From: Octopus sinensis
Taxonomy: Eukaryota
DNA: 41,375 nt
NCBI RefSeq assembly: GCF_006345805.1
Contig: NW_021835299.1
Span: 1 to 41,375, forward strand
Direction: 5' to 3'
The notes under the pieces were generated by a model. That model saw only the letters and a program-made list of their open reading frames with translations, did not search any database and was not told the DNA's origin. Both the position numbers and the translations under genes were made by a program. Positions 11,653-21,771 of the stretch are shown here, in pieces; the first letter of the stretch is position 1; every line of letters starts with the position of its first letter.

Positions 11653-11709
11653 AGGGTTACCCTGGGTTTCTCATGCTAAAGAAACCTTTATGGTGTATCT
11701 TCAGACCCT
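11653..11709 (-). ncRNA. Type I hammerhead ribozyme-like motif in a short element between microsatellites
   Basis: AGGGT-CTGAAGA-(27 nt)-GAAA-CCCAGGG-TA-ACCCT. 5-bp helix I and near-palindromic helix III; helix II pairing is weak. Confidence 0.55.
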
Positions 11710-11792
11710 TACACCTGCTGGCCTATCCGATACGATTTATGTGTGCGCGCGTGTGTTTGTGTGTATGTGTGTGCATGTGTACACATACATAG

Positions 11793-11825
<33 letters not shown>

Positions 11826-12059
11826 TATATTATATATATATATATATATATAAGCAAGAAGGTAGTAATATTATTTACTACCAGGTGCCCAGCACAAAAG
11901 ACGAATTAGTCATAGACAAAATATTATTCATATAGAAAAATATTATTCGTGGTTATACAATTAAGGGCTCCTAAATAAAGGTGCCGAGTGCTGGGGACAC
12001 AAAAAGGGGATGAATTTATCGAGAGTGAAAATCAAAAACGTTTACCGATAACTTTAACA

Positions 12060-12135
12060 ACTCGTACCGCGGTTTCTTCGCTTCTTTCTAGCAAAACACA
12101 GAATATGTTTGCTAAGGCTGGCTTCATCAGCGAGT
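12060..12135 (-). ncRNA. Type I hammerhead ribozyme-like motif (left arm of inverted repeat)
   Basis: ACTCG-CTGATGA-AGC...GC-GAA-GAAA-CCGCGG-TA-CGAGT, with a perfect 5-bp helix I and extra bases at the base of helix II. Confidence 0.62.
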
Positions 12136-12566
12136 CGCCTGAATTTAATCGAGGTCTGCAGCGATGGGGGGCTATATGTTAAACCCGACTACTAGCAGAT
12201 CTTAACTTTTCAAATCTCTGCGCAGACGCAAAATTTACACGGGCATGCCGGGAAGAATTTTACGAATAAATTCATCATGTAGTATGCGAATATAAGCAAG
12301 AAGGTAGTAATATTATTTACTACCAGGTGCCCAGCACAAAAGACGAATTAGTCATAAGACAAAAATATTATTCATATAAAAAAATATTATTCATGTGGTT
12401 ATATTGCTTATATTCGCATACTACATGATAATTATATCGTAAAATTCTTCCCGGCATGCCCGTGTAAATTTTGCGTCTGCGCAGAGATTTGAAAAGTTAA
12501 GATCTGCTAGTAGTCGGGTTTAACATATAGCCCCACATCGCTGCAGACCTCGATTAAATTCAGGCG

Positions 12567-12640
12567 ACTCACTGATGAAGCCAGCCTTAGCAAACATATT
12601 CTGTGTTTTGCTAGAAAGAAGCAGAAACCGCGGTACGAGT
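12567..12640 (+). ncRNA. Type I hammerhead ribozyme-like motif (right arm of inverted repeat, ZMYND12 intron 3)
   Basis: ACTCa-CTGATGA-A-GC...GC-A-GAAA-CCGCGG-TA-cGAGT. Core CUGAUGA/GAAA, palindromic helix III ACCGCGGT, GUA triplet, helix I ACTC/GAGT, and an internal TAGCAAA/TTTGCTA stem in the helix II region. Confidence 0.65.
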
Positions 12641-12738
12641 TGTTAAAGTTATCGGTAAACGTTTTTGATTTTCACTCTCGATAAATTCATCCCCTTTTTG
12701 TGTTCCCAGCACTCGGCACCTTTATTTAGGAGCCCTTA

Positions 12739-12786
<48 letters not shown>

Positions 12787-12799
12787 TATATATATGTTG

Positions 12800-12995
12800 A
12801 TTCGCTAGCTTCTGCACGCATTTTTTTCTTTCCTGTTTCTCTCCTTGTTTTTTTTCTGTGTATCTTTCTGTTGAAGAGCGTAGGCTCGAAACGTAAAGAC
12901 TTGTTTTATTTATATTCCTGAGTGCCATACTAATACAATTGTTTGTTTGTATTCCACCTGCCTTCGTCTTTTGTTTATTTTCATAAAGCTTCCCG
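12800..12995 (+). mobile_element. Penelope-like short repeat family H1 with variant hammerhead core (CTGTTGAAGAGCGTAGGCTCGAAACGTA)
   Basis: Homologous to 3378-3536 and 31948-32106. GAGC/GCTC hairpin followed by GAAA. The 3' end abuts TA repeats. Confidence 0.6.
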
Positions 12996-13084
12996 TTATG
13001 TATATATGCATATATATAAGTATGTGTGTATACACACAAATGCACACACACACACACATACACAGACCTTTCCTACTGTTTCAG

Positions 13085-13254
13085 GTTTAGGAAGACTTGC
13101 TGACGCCGAGCAGTATCTCTCTCAAGCAAACTGGATTGCTTTGACAAACCCCAAGTGTCCCAGTTCCATCTTGTACAACCTTCATCGCAATCTCGGCCTA
13201 CTCTACGCCGCCAAAGGGGATTACGCGGAAGCTGCTCGTCATTTTGCTGATGAT
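13085..13254 (+). CDS. ZMYND12: ZMYND12 exon 4 (GLGRLADAEQYLSQANWIALTNPKCPSSILYNLHRNLGLLYAAKGDYAEAARHFADD), TPR-like
   Basis: Acceptor gtttcAG (13083-13084), donor GTAAGT at 13255, 170 nt, phase 1 to 0. LHRNLGLLY motif. Confidence 0.95.
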
Positions 13255-14395
13255 GTAAGTGAAATACTATGCTTGGCTTTCATTTTAGTTGGCTTCCCAC
13301 TCGAGAAGGGCTCTCATTGAAGTCTTGAGTGGGAGTGAGTGGGAGGACAGGTGCAAAAGGTAAGGGTGGCCAATCAAGATCTAATTGAGGACTGTGGCAG
13401 GAGGTCCGGCCTTGGAGCAGGTTAAAGACAGGGCTCGGGACCACAGTAGATGGGGATCTCTCATCATTGATGTTCCATGGGGAGAAAAAAGATTAAGGCT
13501 AGTTAATCTGAGTAGAGGGTATAAAGATTAGCAGTGATAAAGATCAACAGATATAAAATCACTAGATATAAATTTTAAAGCTGCAGAGATCAATAGATAC
13601 ATAAATATAAATAACAATAAAAAGCAATCAATATAAATCAATATAAATATAAGGACAAATCAATATAAAGCAATCAATATAAATATAAGGACACAGAAAA
13701 TGTGTCAAAGCCGACAGGAAGCATCGATGCTTCCTAGGGCTAAACAACAGTGGTGTAATTCCCTTACGGGACTGTCCCGTTATGTTGACAGTATACAACC
13801 AATATAAAGATCAATACACATGAATTTAATAGATCTAGCAATCAATAGATATATAAAGTTGAACAGCTAACAAGAGCAATAGATGTAAATATCAGTTTCA
13901 AATTTGGGCACAAGGCCAGCAATTTGGGAAGTGGGGGTAAGTCGATTACATCAACCCCAGTGCTCAACTGGTACTTATTTTATCGACCCTGAAACGATGG
14001 AAGGCAAAGCCAATCCTGGAAACATTTGAACTGGTTTTTATAAAGTCAGAAGAAATGACATTAAGAATTTTCCTGGTCTGCAAACGATTCTTCCAGCTCA
14101 CTGCCAATTGGTGGAAGTATCAATAGATACAAAGATCGATAAATATAAGATCAACTAAATGTATTGATAGACTCAACTTTAGATGGTGGGGCAGGTTCTC
14201 TTAACCTGGGTTCAATCGACAGACTTCAAAGGTTTTTTTAAACTCAAAGGGGCATGAAGACAAATTTAAATTTCTTTTCATTAAATTTCCCCCACTCTAT
14301 GACCAGAAATTTGTTTTTCCTTTAATAATGGATGTAAAATAAATCCACAGCCCTAAACACCAGAAAAGAGATTTTATTTTACTATGCCGAATAAA

Positions 14396-16135
14396 TATGA
14401 GCTCCATTTAAATTTAAGTATACACCTAATTTTGAGCCCCATTTAAATTTGAGTCTCCATTTACATTTGAGCCTCTGTCTAAATTTGAGCCACAATCTAA
14501 ATTTAAGTATACACCTAAATTTGAGCCCCATTTAAATTTGAGTCTCCATTTACATTTGAGCCTCTGTCTAAATTTGAGCCACAATCTAAATTTAAGTATA
14601 CACCTAAATTTGAGCCCCATTTAAATTTGAGTTTCCATTTACATTTGAGCCTCTGTCTAAATTTGAGCCCCATTTAAATTTGAGTCTCCATTTACATTTG
14701 AGCCTCTGTCTAAATTTGAGGCACAATCTAAATTTAAGTATACACCTAATTTTGAGCCCCATTTAATTTGAGTCTCCATTTACATTTGAGCCTCTGTCTA
14801 AATTGAGCCACATCTAAATTTAAGTATACACCTAAAGTTGAGCCCCATTTAAATTTGAGTCTCCATTTACATTTGAGCCTCTGTCTAAATTTGAGCCACA
14901 ATCTAAATTTAAGTATACACCTAAATTTGAGCCCCATTTAAATTTGAGTCTCCATTTACATTTGAGCCTCTGTCTAAATTTGAACCACAATCTAAATTAA
15001 GTATACACCTAAATTGAGCCCCATTTAAATTTGAGTCTCCATTTACATTTGAGCCTCTGTCTAAATTTGAGCCACAATCTAATTTAAGTATACACCTAAA
15101 TTTGAGCCCCATTTAAATTTGAGTCTCCATTTACATTTGAGCCTCTGTCTAAATTTGAGCCACAATCTAAATTTAAGTATACACCTAATTTTGAGCCCCA
15201 TTTAAATTTGAGTCTCCATTTACATTTGAGCCTCTGTCTAAATTTGAGCCACAATCTAAATTTAAGTATACACCTAAATTTGAGCCCCGTTTAAATTTGA
15301 GTCTCCATTTACATTTGAGCCTCTGTCTAAATTTGAGCCACAATCTAAATTTAAGTATACACCTAAATTTGAGCCCCATTTAAATTTGAGTCTCCATTTA
15401 CATTTGAGCCTCTGTCTAAATTTGAGCCACAATCTAAATTTAAGTATACACCTAAATTTGAGCCCCATTTAAATTTGAGTCTCCATTTACATTTGAGCCT
15501 CTGTCTAAATTTGAGCCACAATCTAAATTTAAGTATACACCTAATTTTGAGCCCCATTTAAATTTGAGTCTCCATTTACATTTGAGCCTCTGTCTAAATT
15601 TGAGCCACAATCTAAATTTAAGTATACACCTAAATTTGAGCCCCATTTAATTTGAGTCTCCATTTAATTTGAGCCTCTGTCTAAATTTGAGCCACAATCT
15701 AATTTAAGTATAACACCTAAATTTGAGCCCCATTTAAATTTGAGTCTCCATTTACATTTGAGCCTCTGTCTAAATTTGAACACAATCTAAATTTAAGTAT
15801 ACACCTAAATTTGAGCCCCATTTAAATTTGAGTCTCCATTTACATTTGAGCCTCTGTCTAAATTTGAGCCACAATCTAAATTTAAGTATACACCTAAATT
15901 TGAGCCCCATTTAAATTTGAGTCTCCATTTACATTTGAGCCTCTGTCTAAATTTGAGCCACAATCTAAATTTAAGTATACACCTAAATTTGAGCCCCATT
16001 TAAATTTGAGTCTCCATTTACATTTGAGCCTCTGTCTAAATTTGAGCCACAATCTAAATTTAAGTATACACCTAAATTTGAGTCCCATTTAAATTTGAGT
16101 CTCCATTTACATTTGAGCCTCAATCTAAATTTAAA
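14396..16135. repeat. 89-bp tandem minisatellite, about 19-20 copies, built from five 17-18-bp subunits
   Basis: Unit taaatttgagccccatt-taaatttgagtctccatt-tacatttgagcctctgtc-taaatttgagccacaatc-taaatttaagtatacacc. Confidence 0.95.
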
Positions 16136-16265
16136 CTTCTCTCTTAATTTAAAACTTCCCCCTAAATTTGTTCCTGTCCTTCTCCTCTTTCTAATACCAT
16201 TATCTTCATCCCAGTCTCCTTCCAGCTTTTTACTTCATTTTTGGTTTTATTTCTTTACCCTTTAG

Positions 16266-16388
16266 ATTTACCATGCATCAGAAGAATATGGCACAGATTC
16301 CTTGAAAACATCCGGGGGTTACTACCACATGGCCAATGTTTTCTTCCGACAGAGCAAAATGGATATTGCAATGTCGCTCTACAGACAG
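16266..16388 (+). CDS. ZMYND12: ZMYND12 exon 5 (IYHASEEYGTDSLKTSGGYYHMANVFFRQSKMDIAMSLYRQ)
   Basis: Acceptor ctttAG (16264-16265), 123 nt, phase 0 to 0. TSGGY.H.AN motif. The donor GTTTTA at 16389 is weak. Not called in this frame by the ORF track. Confidence 0.92.
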
Positions 16389-16909
16389 GTTTTAATCATT
16401 TTAATTATCAATTAATTGTCTTCTTCTTTAATCCAAGAACTTGGCACTTACTGCACATCCCAAATCTTTCCTTTTCTTTTATTATAATAACAATATTCCA
16501 ATAGTGTAAAAGTGCGTGGCCCAGCGGTTAAGAGGTTGAACTCATGATTGCATGATCAAGGTTTCAATTTCCAGACTGGGTGGTGCATTTTTTTCCTCAG
16601 CAAAACACTTCATTTCACGTTGCTCCAGTCCACTCAGCTGGCAAAGATGAGATAATCCTGTGACAGACCTGTGACCCGTCCATGTGGGGAATATATACGC
16701 CCCAGAAACTGGGAAACTGGCCCTATGAACCTATATGATTCGGGAAGGAACTTTGCTGTACTTTAATCACTAGATCATGATTAGGGGAATATATTTAATT
16801 ACAAGGGAACAAAGATAAGGATTTAAAAAAAGGGGAGAGATAAAGCATCAAAAGATGTGGGAGCAAGTACACTCCAGAACAAATGGCACGGTCAGCTGTG
16901 CCCTGTGGA

Positions 16910-17280
16910 CATGACCAGTGGTTAGGGCAGCGAACTCGCGGTCATAGGATCACGGTTTCGATTCCCAGACCGGCCATTGTGAGTGTTTATTGAGCGAAAA
17001 CACCTAAAAAGCTCCACAAGGCTCTGGCAGGGGATGGTGGTGATCCCTGCTGTACTCTTTCACCACAACTTTCTCTCACTCTTACTTCCTTTTTCTGTTG
17101 TACCTGTATTTCAAGGGGCCGGCCTTGTCACTCTCTGTGTCATGCTGAATATCCCCGAGAACTACGTTAAGGGTACACGTGTCTGTGGAGTGCTCAGCCA
17201 CTTACACGTTAGTTTCACGAGCAGGCTGTTCCGTTGATTCGGATCAACCAGAACCCTCGTCGTCGTAACCGACGGAGTGC
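16910..17280 (+). mobile_element. Longer tRNA-headed SINE (family D)
   Basis: cagtggttagggcagcgaactcgcggtc...ggtttcgattcccagacc head, unique body ending gacggagtgc. Confidence 0.55.
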
Positions 17281-17560
17281 TTCCAGGTGTTGTCATGGAG
17301 AATGACCAGTGATACTCACTGTAATAGCCATCCCACTTCTTGCGGCTCATTTCTCAGATGGGCCACAGTTATTCTGACCTCATGGAGGAAATCTGGAGTG
17401 CGGATTCCAAGAAAACCTGAGGTCTTGAATGCAAGTGACACAAAGCAGCAGCAGCAGCTGGTCAGTCTCCCCTATCGAATTATTTCTCTCTCCTCTGCGT
17501 GGGACCGGAGAATGTGTTGCTGCACGTCGCATCCCAGATTAGGGATCTGCTTCCCTCGTG
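17281..17560 (-). pseudogene. Fragment of an RLE-type (CRE/NeSL/R2-superfamily) non-LTR retrotransposon endonuclease region
   Basis: Minus frames: RSLIWDATCSNTF and FVSLAFKTSGFLG...FLHEV...EPQEVGWLLQ*VSL, resembling the LVWDATC.DT / FVPLAFET.G / WLFQR.S motifs. Frameshifted. Confidence 0.65.
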
Positions 17561-17701
17561 TGTTATTTGTTGTCATTTTTCATCATCTTCGTATTGTGGT
17601 CTTACCTCTTGTCCTTGATGGCTTGGGATAAAAATTGGCCCCTTTCTCATCTTGTATGAGGAATACTATATGATTCGGGAAGGAACTTTGCTGTACTTTA
17701 A

Positions 17702-17922
17702 CCCTTTAGTGTTTGCATTATTCTGCCAAACTTAATCCCTTTTTATCCACATTGTTTTGAATTAATCATGCATTATCTTGTAGCTATGAGATTTTGATGA
17801 GGTAGTTGTTAATTTTTAAAATGATATTGTAGGGTTGGTCTGAGAGACCAGATCTGGCCAGTTTGAACATAAAACAGGTAGAATACTTTTGGCCGGATAT
17901 GGCCAGTTTAAATGCTAAAGGG
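17702..17922. mobile_element. piggyBac-type MITE (221 bp)
   Basis: TTAA TSD (17698-17701, 17923-17926) and TIR CCCTTTAGTGTTT / AAATGCTAAAGGG. The empty TTAA site is present in the paralogous segment near 16762. Confidence 0.9.
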
Positions 17923-18557
17923 TTAATCACTAGATCGTGATTAGGGGAATATATTTAATTACAAGGGAACAAAGATAAAGGATTTTAAAAAAAAGGGGGG
18001 GGAGAGATAAAGCATCAAAAGATGTGGGAACAAGTACACTCCAGAACAAATGGCACGGTCAGCTGTGCCCTCTGGACATTTGTGTATGTGTGTGTGTGTG
18101 TTTGTCCCCCGTCATCATTTGACAACTGGTGTTGGTGTGTTTGCATCTCCATAATTTAGCAGTTCAGCAAAAGAGACCAATAGAATATGTACCAGACTTT
18201 AAAAAAATAATAACACTGGGGTCCATTCATTTGACAAAAAATTCTACAAGATGGTGCCCCAGGATGGCCACAGTCTAATGACAGAAACTAGTAGGATATA
18301 TTATAAAAGATATTCTTTTCTACTTTAGGCACAAGGCCCGAAATTTTTGGTGAGGGGGGAGGCAGTTGATTAGATCAACCCCAGTACACACCTGGTACTT
18401 AATTTATCAACCTGAAAAAGATAAAAGGCAAAGTTGACCTTGGCAGAATTTGAACTCAGAACGTAAAGACAGACAAAATACCCCTAAGCATTTCGTCTGG
18501 TGTGCTAACATTTCTACCAGCTTGCTGCCTTAGATAAAATATATTTATCACCATATA

Positions 18558-18955
18558 GACGCAGGAGTGGCTGTGTGGTAAGTAGCTTGCTAACCAACCA
18601 CATGGTTCGGGTTCAGTCCCACTGCATGGCATCTTGGGCAAGTGTCTTCTACTATAGCCTCGGGCTGACCAAAGCCTTGTGAGTGGATTTGGTAGACGGA
18701 AACTGAAAGAAGCCCGTCGTATATATGTGTGCGTGTGTGTTTGTGTGTCTGTGTTTGTCCCCCTAGCATTGCTTGACAACCGATGCTGGTGTGTTTACGT
18801 CCCCGTCACTTAGCGGTTTGGCAAAAGAGACCGATGGAATAAGTACTGGGCTTACAAAGAATAGGTTCCGGGGTCGAGTTGCTCGACTAAAGGCGGTGCT
18901 CCAGCATGGCCGCAGTCAAAATGACTGAAACAAGTAAAAGAGAGTAAAAGAGAGT
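18558..18955 (+). mobile_element. SINE family A (intron 5)
   Basis: Full-length match. Confidence 0.88.
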
Positions 18956-19105
18956 ATATCAACTGAAACATGTTAAAAATGAAGATGTCTGTTGTCGTTA
19001 TGATTCTTACTGCTTTAATTTAAAACTAATCAATTTAATTATAATTTATAATTTATGAATTTAAAACTAATCAAAGACGCATTCAATGTTTTATGATTGT
19101 TGAAG

Positions 19106-19226
19106 GTGACCAAAATTTGGCACAACTACTTGTTAGAAATTGCTTCCAACAAGATAAAGAAATTGACCAGTCCCAAGACATTAGCAGCTGTCCGTCTAAC
19201 GGCAGAACACAGAACCGGAGGACTCG
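19106..19226 (+). CDS. ZMYND12: ZMYND12 exon 6 (VTKIWHNYLLEIASNKIKKLTSPKTLAAVRLTAEHRTGGL)
   Basis: Acceptor gttgaAG (19104-19105), donor GTGAGT at 19227, 121 nt, phase 0 to 1. V..IWH.YL matches the family, and the phase links exons 5 and 7. Confidence 0.88.
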
Positions 19227-19304
19227 GTGAGTGAAGGGAATGAATGGCATTCCTTTATCGAATTGCAAGTCTGAAGAATAAGAGGAAAGAGTGCATGGCC
19301 TAAT

Positions 19305-19960
19305 TGTGGCGGTGGTAGTGGTGGTGGTGGTGGTGGTGGCAGTGATGGGATGACGGGTGGGTTATGGCAGTAGTGATGGTGGTGGTGGTGGTGGTGGCGG
19401 CGGCGGTTTTGGTGGTGGTGGCGGTGGTGGCGGCGGCGGCAGCAGCAGTTTTGGTGGTGGTGGTGGTGGTGGTGGTGGTGGTGGTGGTGGCTGCAGCGGT
19501 GGCGGCTGTGGTGGTGATGGTGGCGGCGGTGGCGGCAGTGGTGGTGGTGGAAGTGGTAGTGGTGATGGTGGTGGCGGTGGGGGTGGTGGGGGTGGTGATG
19601 GTGATGGTGGTGGTGGTGGTGGTGATGACAATGGTGGTAGCTTGGTGGTGGTTTGCTGTTGGTGATAATGATAGTGGTTGTGTTTGTGGTGATGTTAGTG
19701 GTGGCGGTGGGAATGGCAGTGGAGGAGGTGGTTGCAGTAGTGGTGGTGATGATGATGATGATGATGATGGCAAGGGCAGTAGTGGTGGTAGCAGCAGTGA
19801 TGGTGGCTGTGTGGTTGTGGTGCTAGTGCTGGTGTTGGTGGTGGCAATGGTGGCAGTGGCGTTGGAGGGGGGGGGTAACAGTGGTGATGGCAATGATGAT
19901 CATGGTAGTATCAGTGATAGCAGCAGCAGTAAGGGTGGTTGTTTTAGCGGTGGTGGCCAG
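19305..19960. repeat. GGT/GGC/GAT-rich trinucleotide tract
   Basis: Direct reading. Confidence 0.95.
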
Positions 19961-20141
19961 TAGTTGATTGGGTTTGTACAGTTTATGCTGTGTTCCATTC
20001 GCAGCAAACTAATGGGTCTGGGGTTAAGGTTAGGGGTTAGGGTTAAGGTTCAGGTAATGAAATTTTGAATGGGTCGGTCTCATTTCTACAGAAAAAAAAG
20101 GGGTCAATTTTGTTTGTTTTTGATTTTCTTCATTGTATCAG

Positions 20142-20287
20142 ATGAAACAGAAGAAGCTGAAGGAATCCAGGTTCTGAGTACCATTTTTGATATCTGGGAA
20201 TCCAGCCACAAGAAACACTCAAAAGATTTAGCTGAGACCAGCCTTGCTCTAGCCATGTTGTTCTACTGTCTTGAACAATATGACAAG
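20142..20287 (+). CDS. ZMYND12: ZMYND12 exon 7 (DETEEAEGIQVLSTIFDIWESSHKKHSKDLAETSLALAMLFYCLEQYDK)
   Basis: Acceptor gtatcAG (20140-20141), donor GTAAGA at 20288, 146 nt, phase 1 to 0. DE..EAE.I..L..I..I motif. Confidence 0.92.
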
Positions 20288-20353
20288 GTAAGACGTCGCT
20301 ATATCCCTTTGGGGTTTCAGGGTTTGAAGGAGAGATAAAGAGACAAAATGATG

Positions 20354-20395
<42 letters not shown>

Positions 20396-20415
20396 TAATA
20401 ATAATAATAATAATA

Positions 20416-20448
<33 letters not shown>

Positions 20449-20729
20449 TCTACTCTAGGCACAAGACCTTTAAAATTTAGGGTCAGTTATATTGACCCCA
20501 ATGTGTAACTGGTACTTATTTCATCGACCCCCCAAAAGGATGAACGGCAAAGTTGACCTCGGCGGAATTTGAACTCAGAACACTGCCTTACAATCATCAT
20601 CATCGTTTAACGTCCATTCTCCATGCTAGCACGGGTTGGACGGTTCGACCGGGGATCTGGGAAGCCAGAAGGCTGCACCAGGCTCCAGTCTTATCTGGCA
20701 ATGTTTTTACAGCTGGATGCCCTTCCTAT

Positions 20730-20778
<49 letters not shown>

Positions 20779-21318
20779 GCCCTGATGCAGTACCAGGCAG
20801 TGGCCCTCATGGCTTCTGATCTTAACTGATTGGAAGTGTTATCATGTACATTGTTTTGTCTTGGTATAAAAGATGGGCTACAGCAAATATTCTGCTCAAT
20901 ACCACAGATTTGCTTGTCAGTTGCTTGACCTTAACCAGTTGAGCATGTCCCTTAGTGGCTGACGATATGTGCATCTCTGATCACGAGCAGAAGTAGTGGG
21001 GGAGCATCATAGCCATGTGTTGAGAGGAATTCTTTGGGGTTTGAATGATTCACCTCTGGAAACATGGGTGTTTCGTTCAACATCCTTAAACAACCCTTAT
21101 TCAGGGACCTTTTGAGCGGGATGGGTTACTCGCCCAGAAGAAAATTCTAACTGGGCCCCACCTGCAAGGTCATGTGCTGTTTATCTTGATATGAGATCAC
21201 CATGTCGCATACATGTGGTTGTAATGCAAGTGCCTGATGTACCCTTATCAGATGGGTAGTCATGATGGGTATACTGGGCTTCACTTTGATGGCATGCACT
21301 GCTTTCTCTCACTCAACA

Positions 21319-21355
<37 letters not shown>

Positions 21356-21359
<4 letters not shown>

Positions 21360-21771
21360 CTTACTCTTTACTCTTTCACTTGTTTCAGTCATTTGACTGC
21401 GGCCATGCTGGAGCACCACCTTTAATCGAGCAAATTGACCCCGGGACTTATTCTTTTGTAAGCCCAGTACTTATTCTATCGGTCTCTTTTGCCAAACTGC
21501 TAAGTGACGGGGACGTAAACACACCAGCTTCGGTTGTCAAGCAATGCTAAGGGGGTCAAACACAGACACACAAACACACACACACACATATATATATATA
21601 CATATACACGACGGGCTTCTTTCATTTTCCGTCTACCAAATCCACTCACAAGGCATTGGTCGGCCCGAGGCTATAATAGAAGACACTTGCCCAACATGCC
21701 ATGCAGTGGGACTGAACCCAGAACCATGTGGTTGGTAGGCAAGCTACTTACCACACAGCCACTCCTGCACC
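21356..21771 (-). mobile_element. SINE family A (intron 7); decayed copies at 21820-21975 (+) and 22440-22685 (-)
   Basis: Full-length match. Confidence 0.88.

Larger units (their letters stand above)
11954..12746. mobile_element. Inverted-repeat element with ~345-bp arms (11954-12299 / 12404-12746), Penelope-like pLTR or retrozyme-like, ending CCCTTAATTG(TA)n
   Basis: The arms are near-perfect reverse complements, each carries a hammerhead motif, and the element lies between (TA)n tracts. Confidence 0.75.

Noticed and set aside
13248-13275. CTGATGA-tgtaagt-GAAA at the exon 4 donor
   Set aside because: No helix II or helix I pairing. The bases are explained by the Asp codons and the splice donor.
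14396-16135. Repeated 63-64 aa ORFs (MGLKFRCILKF...) and a CRISPR-like appearance
   Set aside because: The ORFs are the 89-bp unit read through successive frames. The spacers recur periodically rather than being unique, the host is eukaryotic and there are no cas genes.
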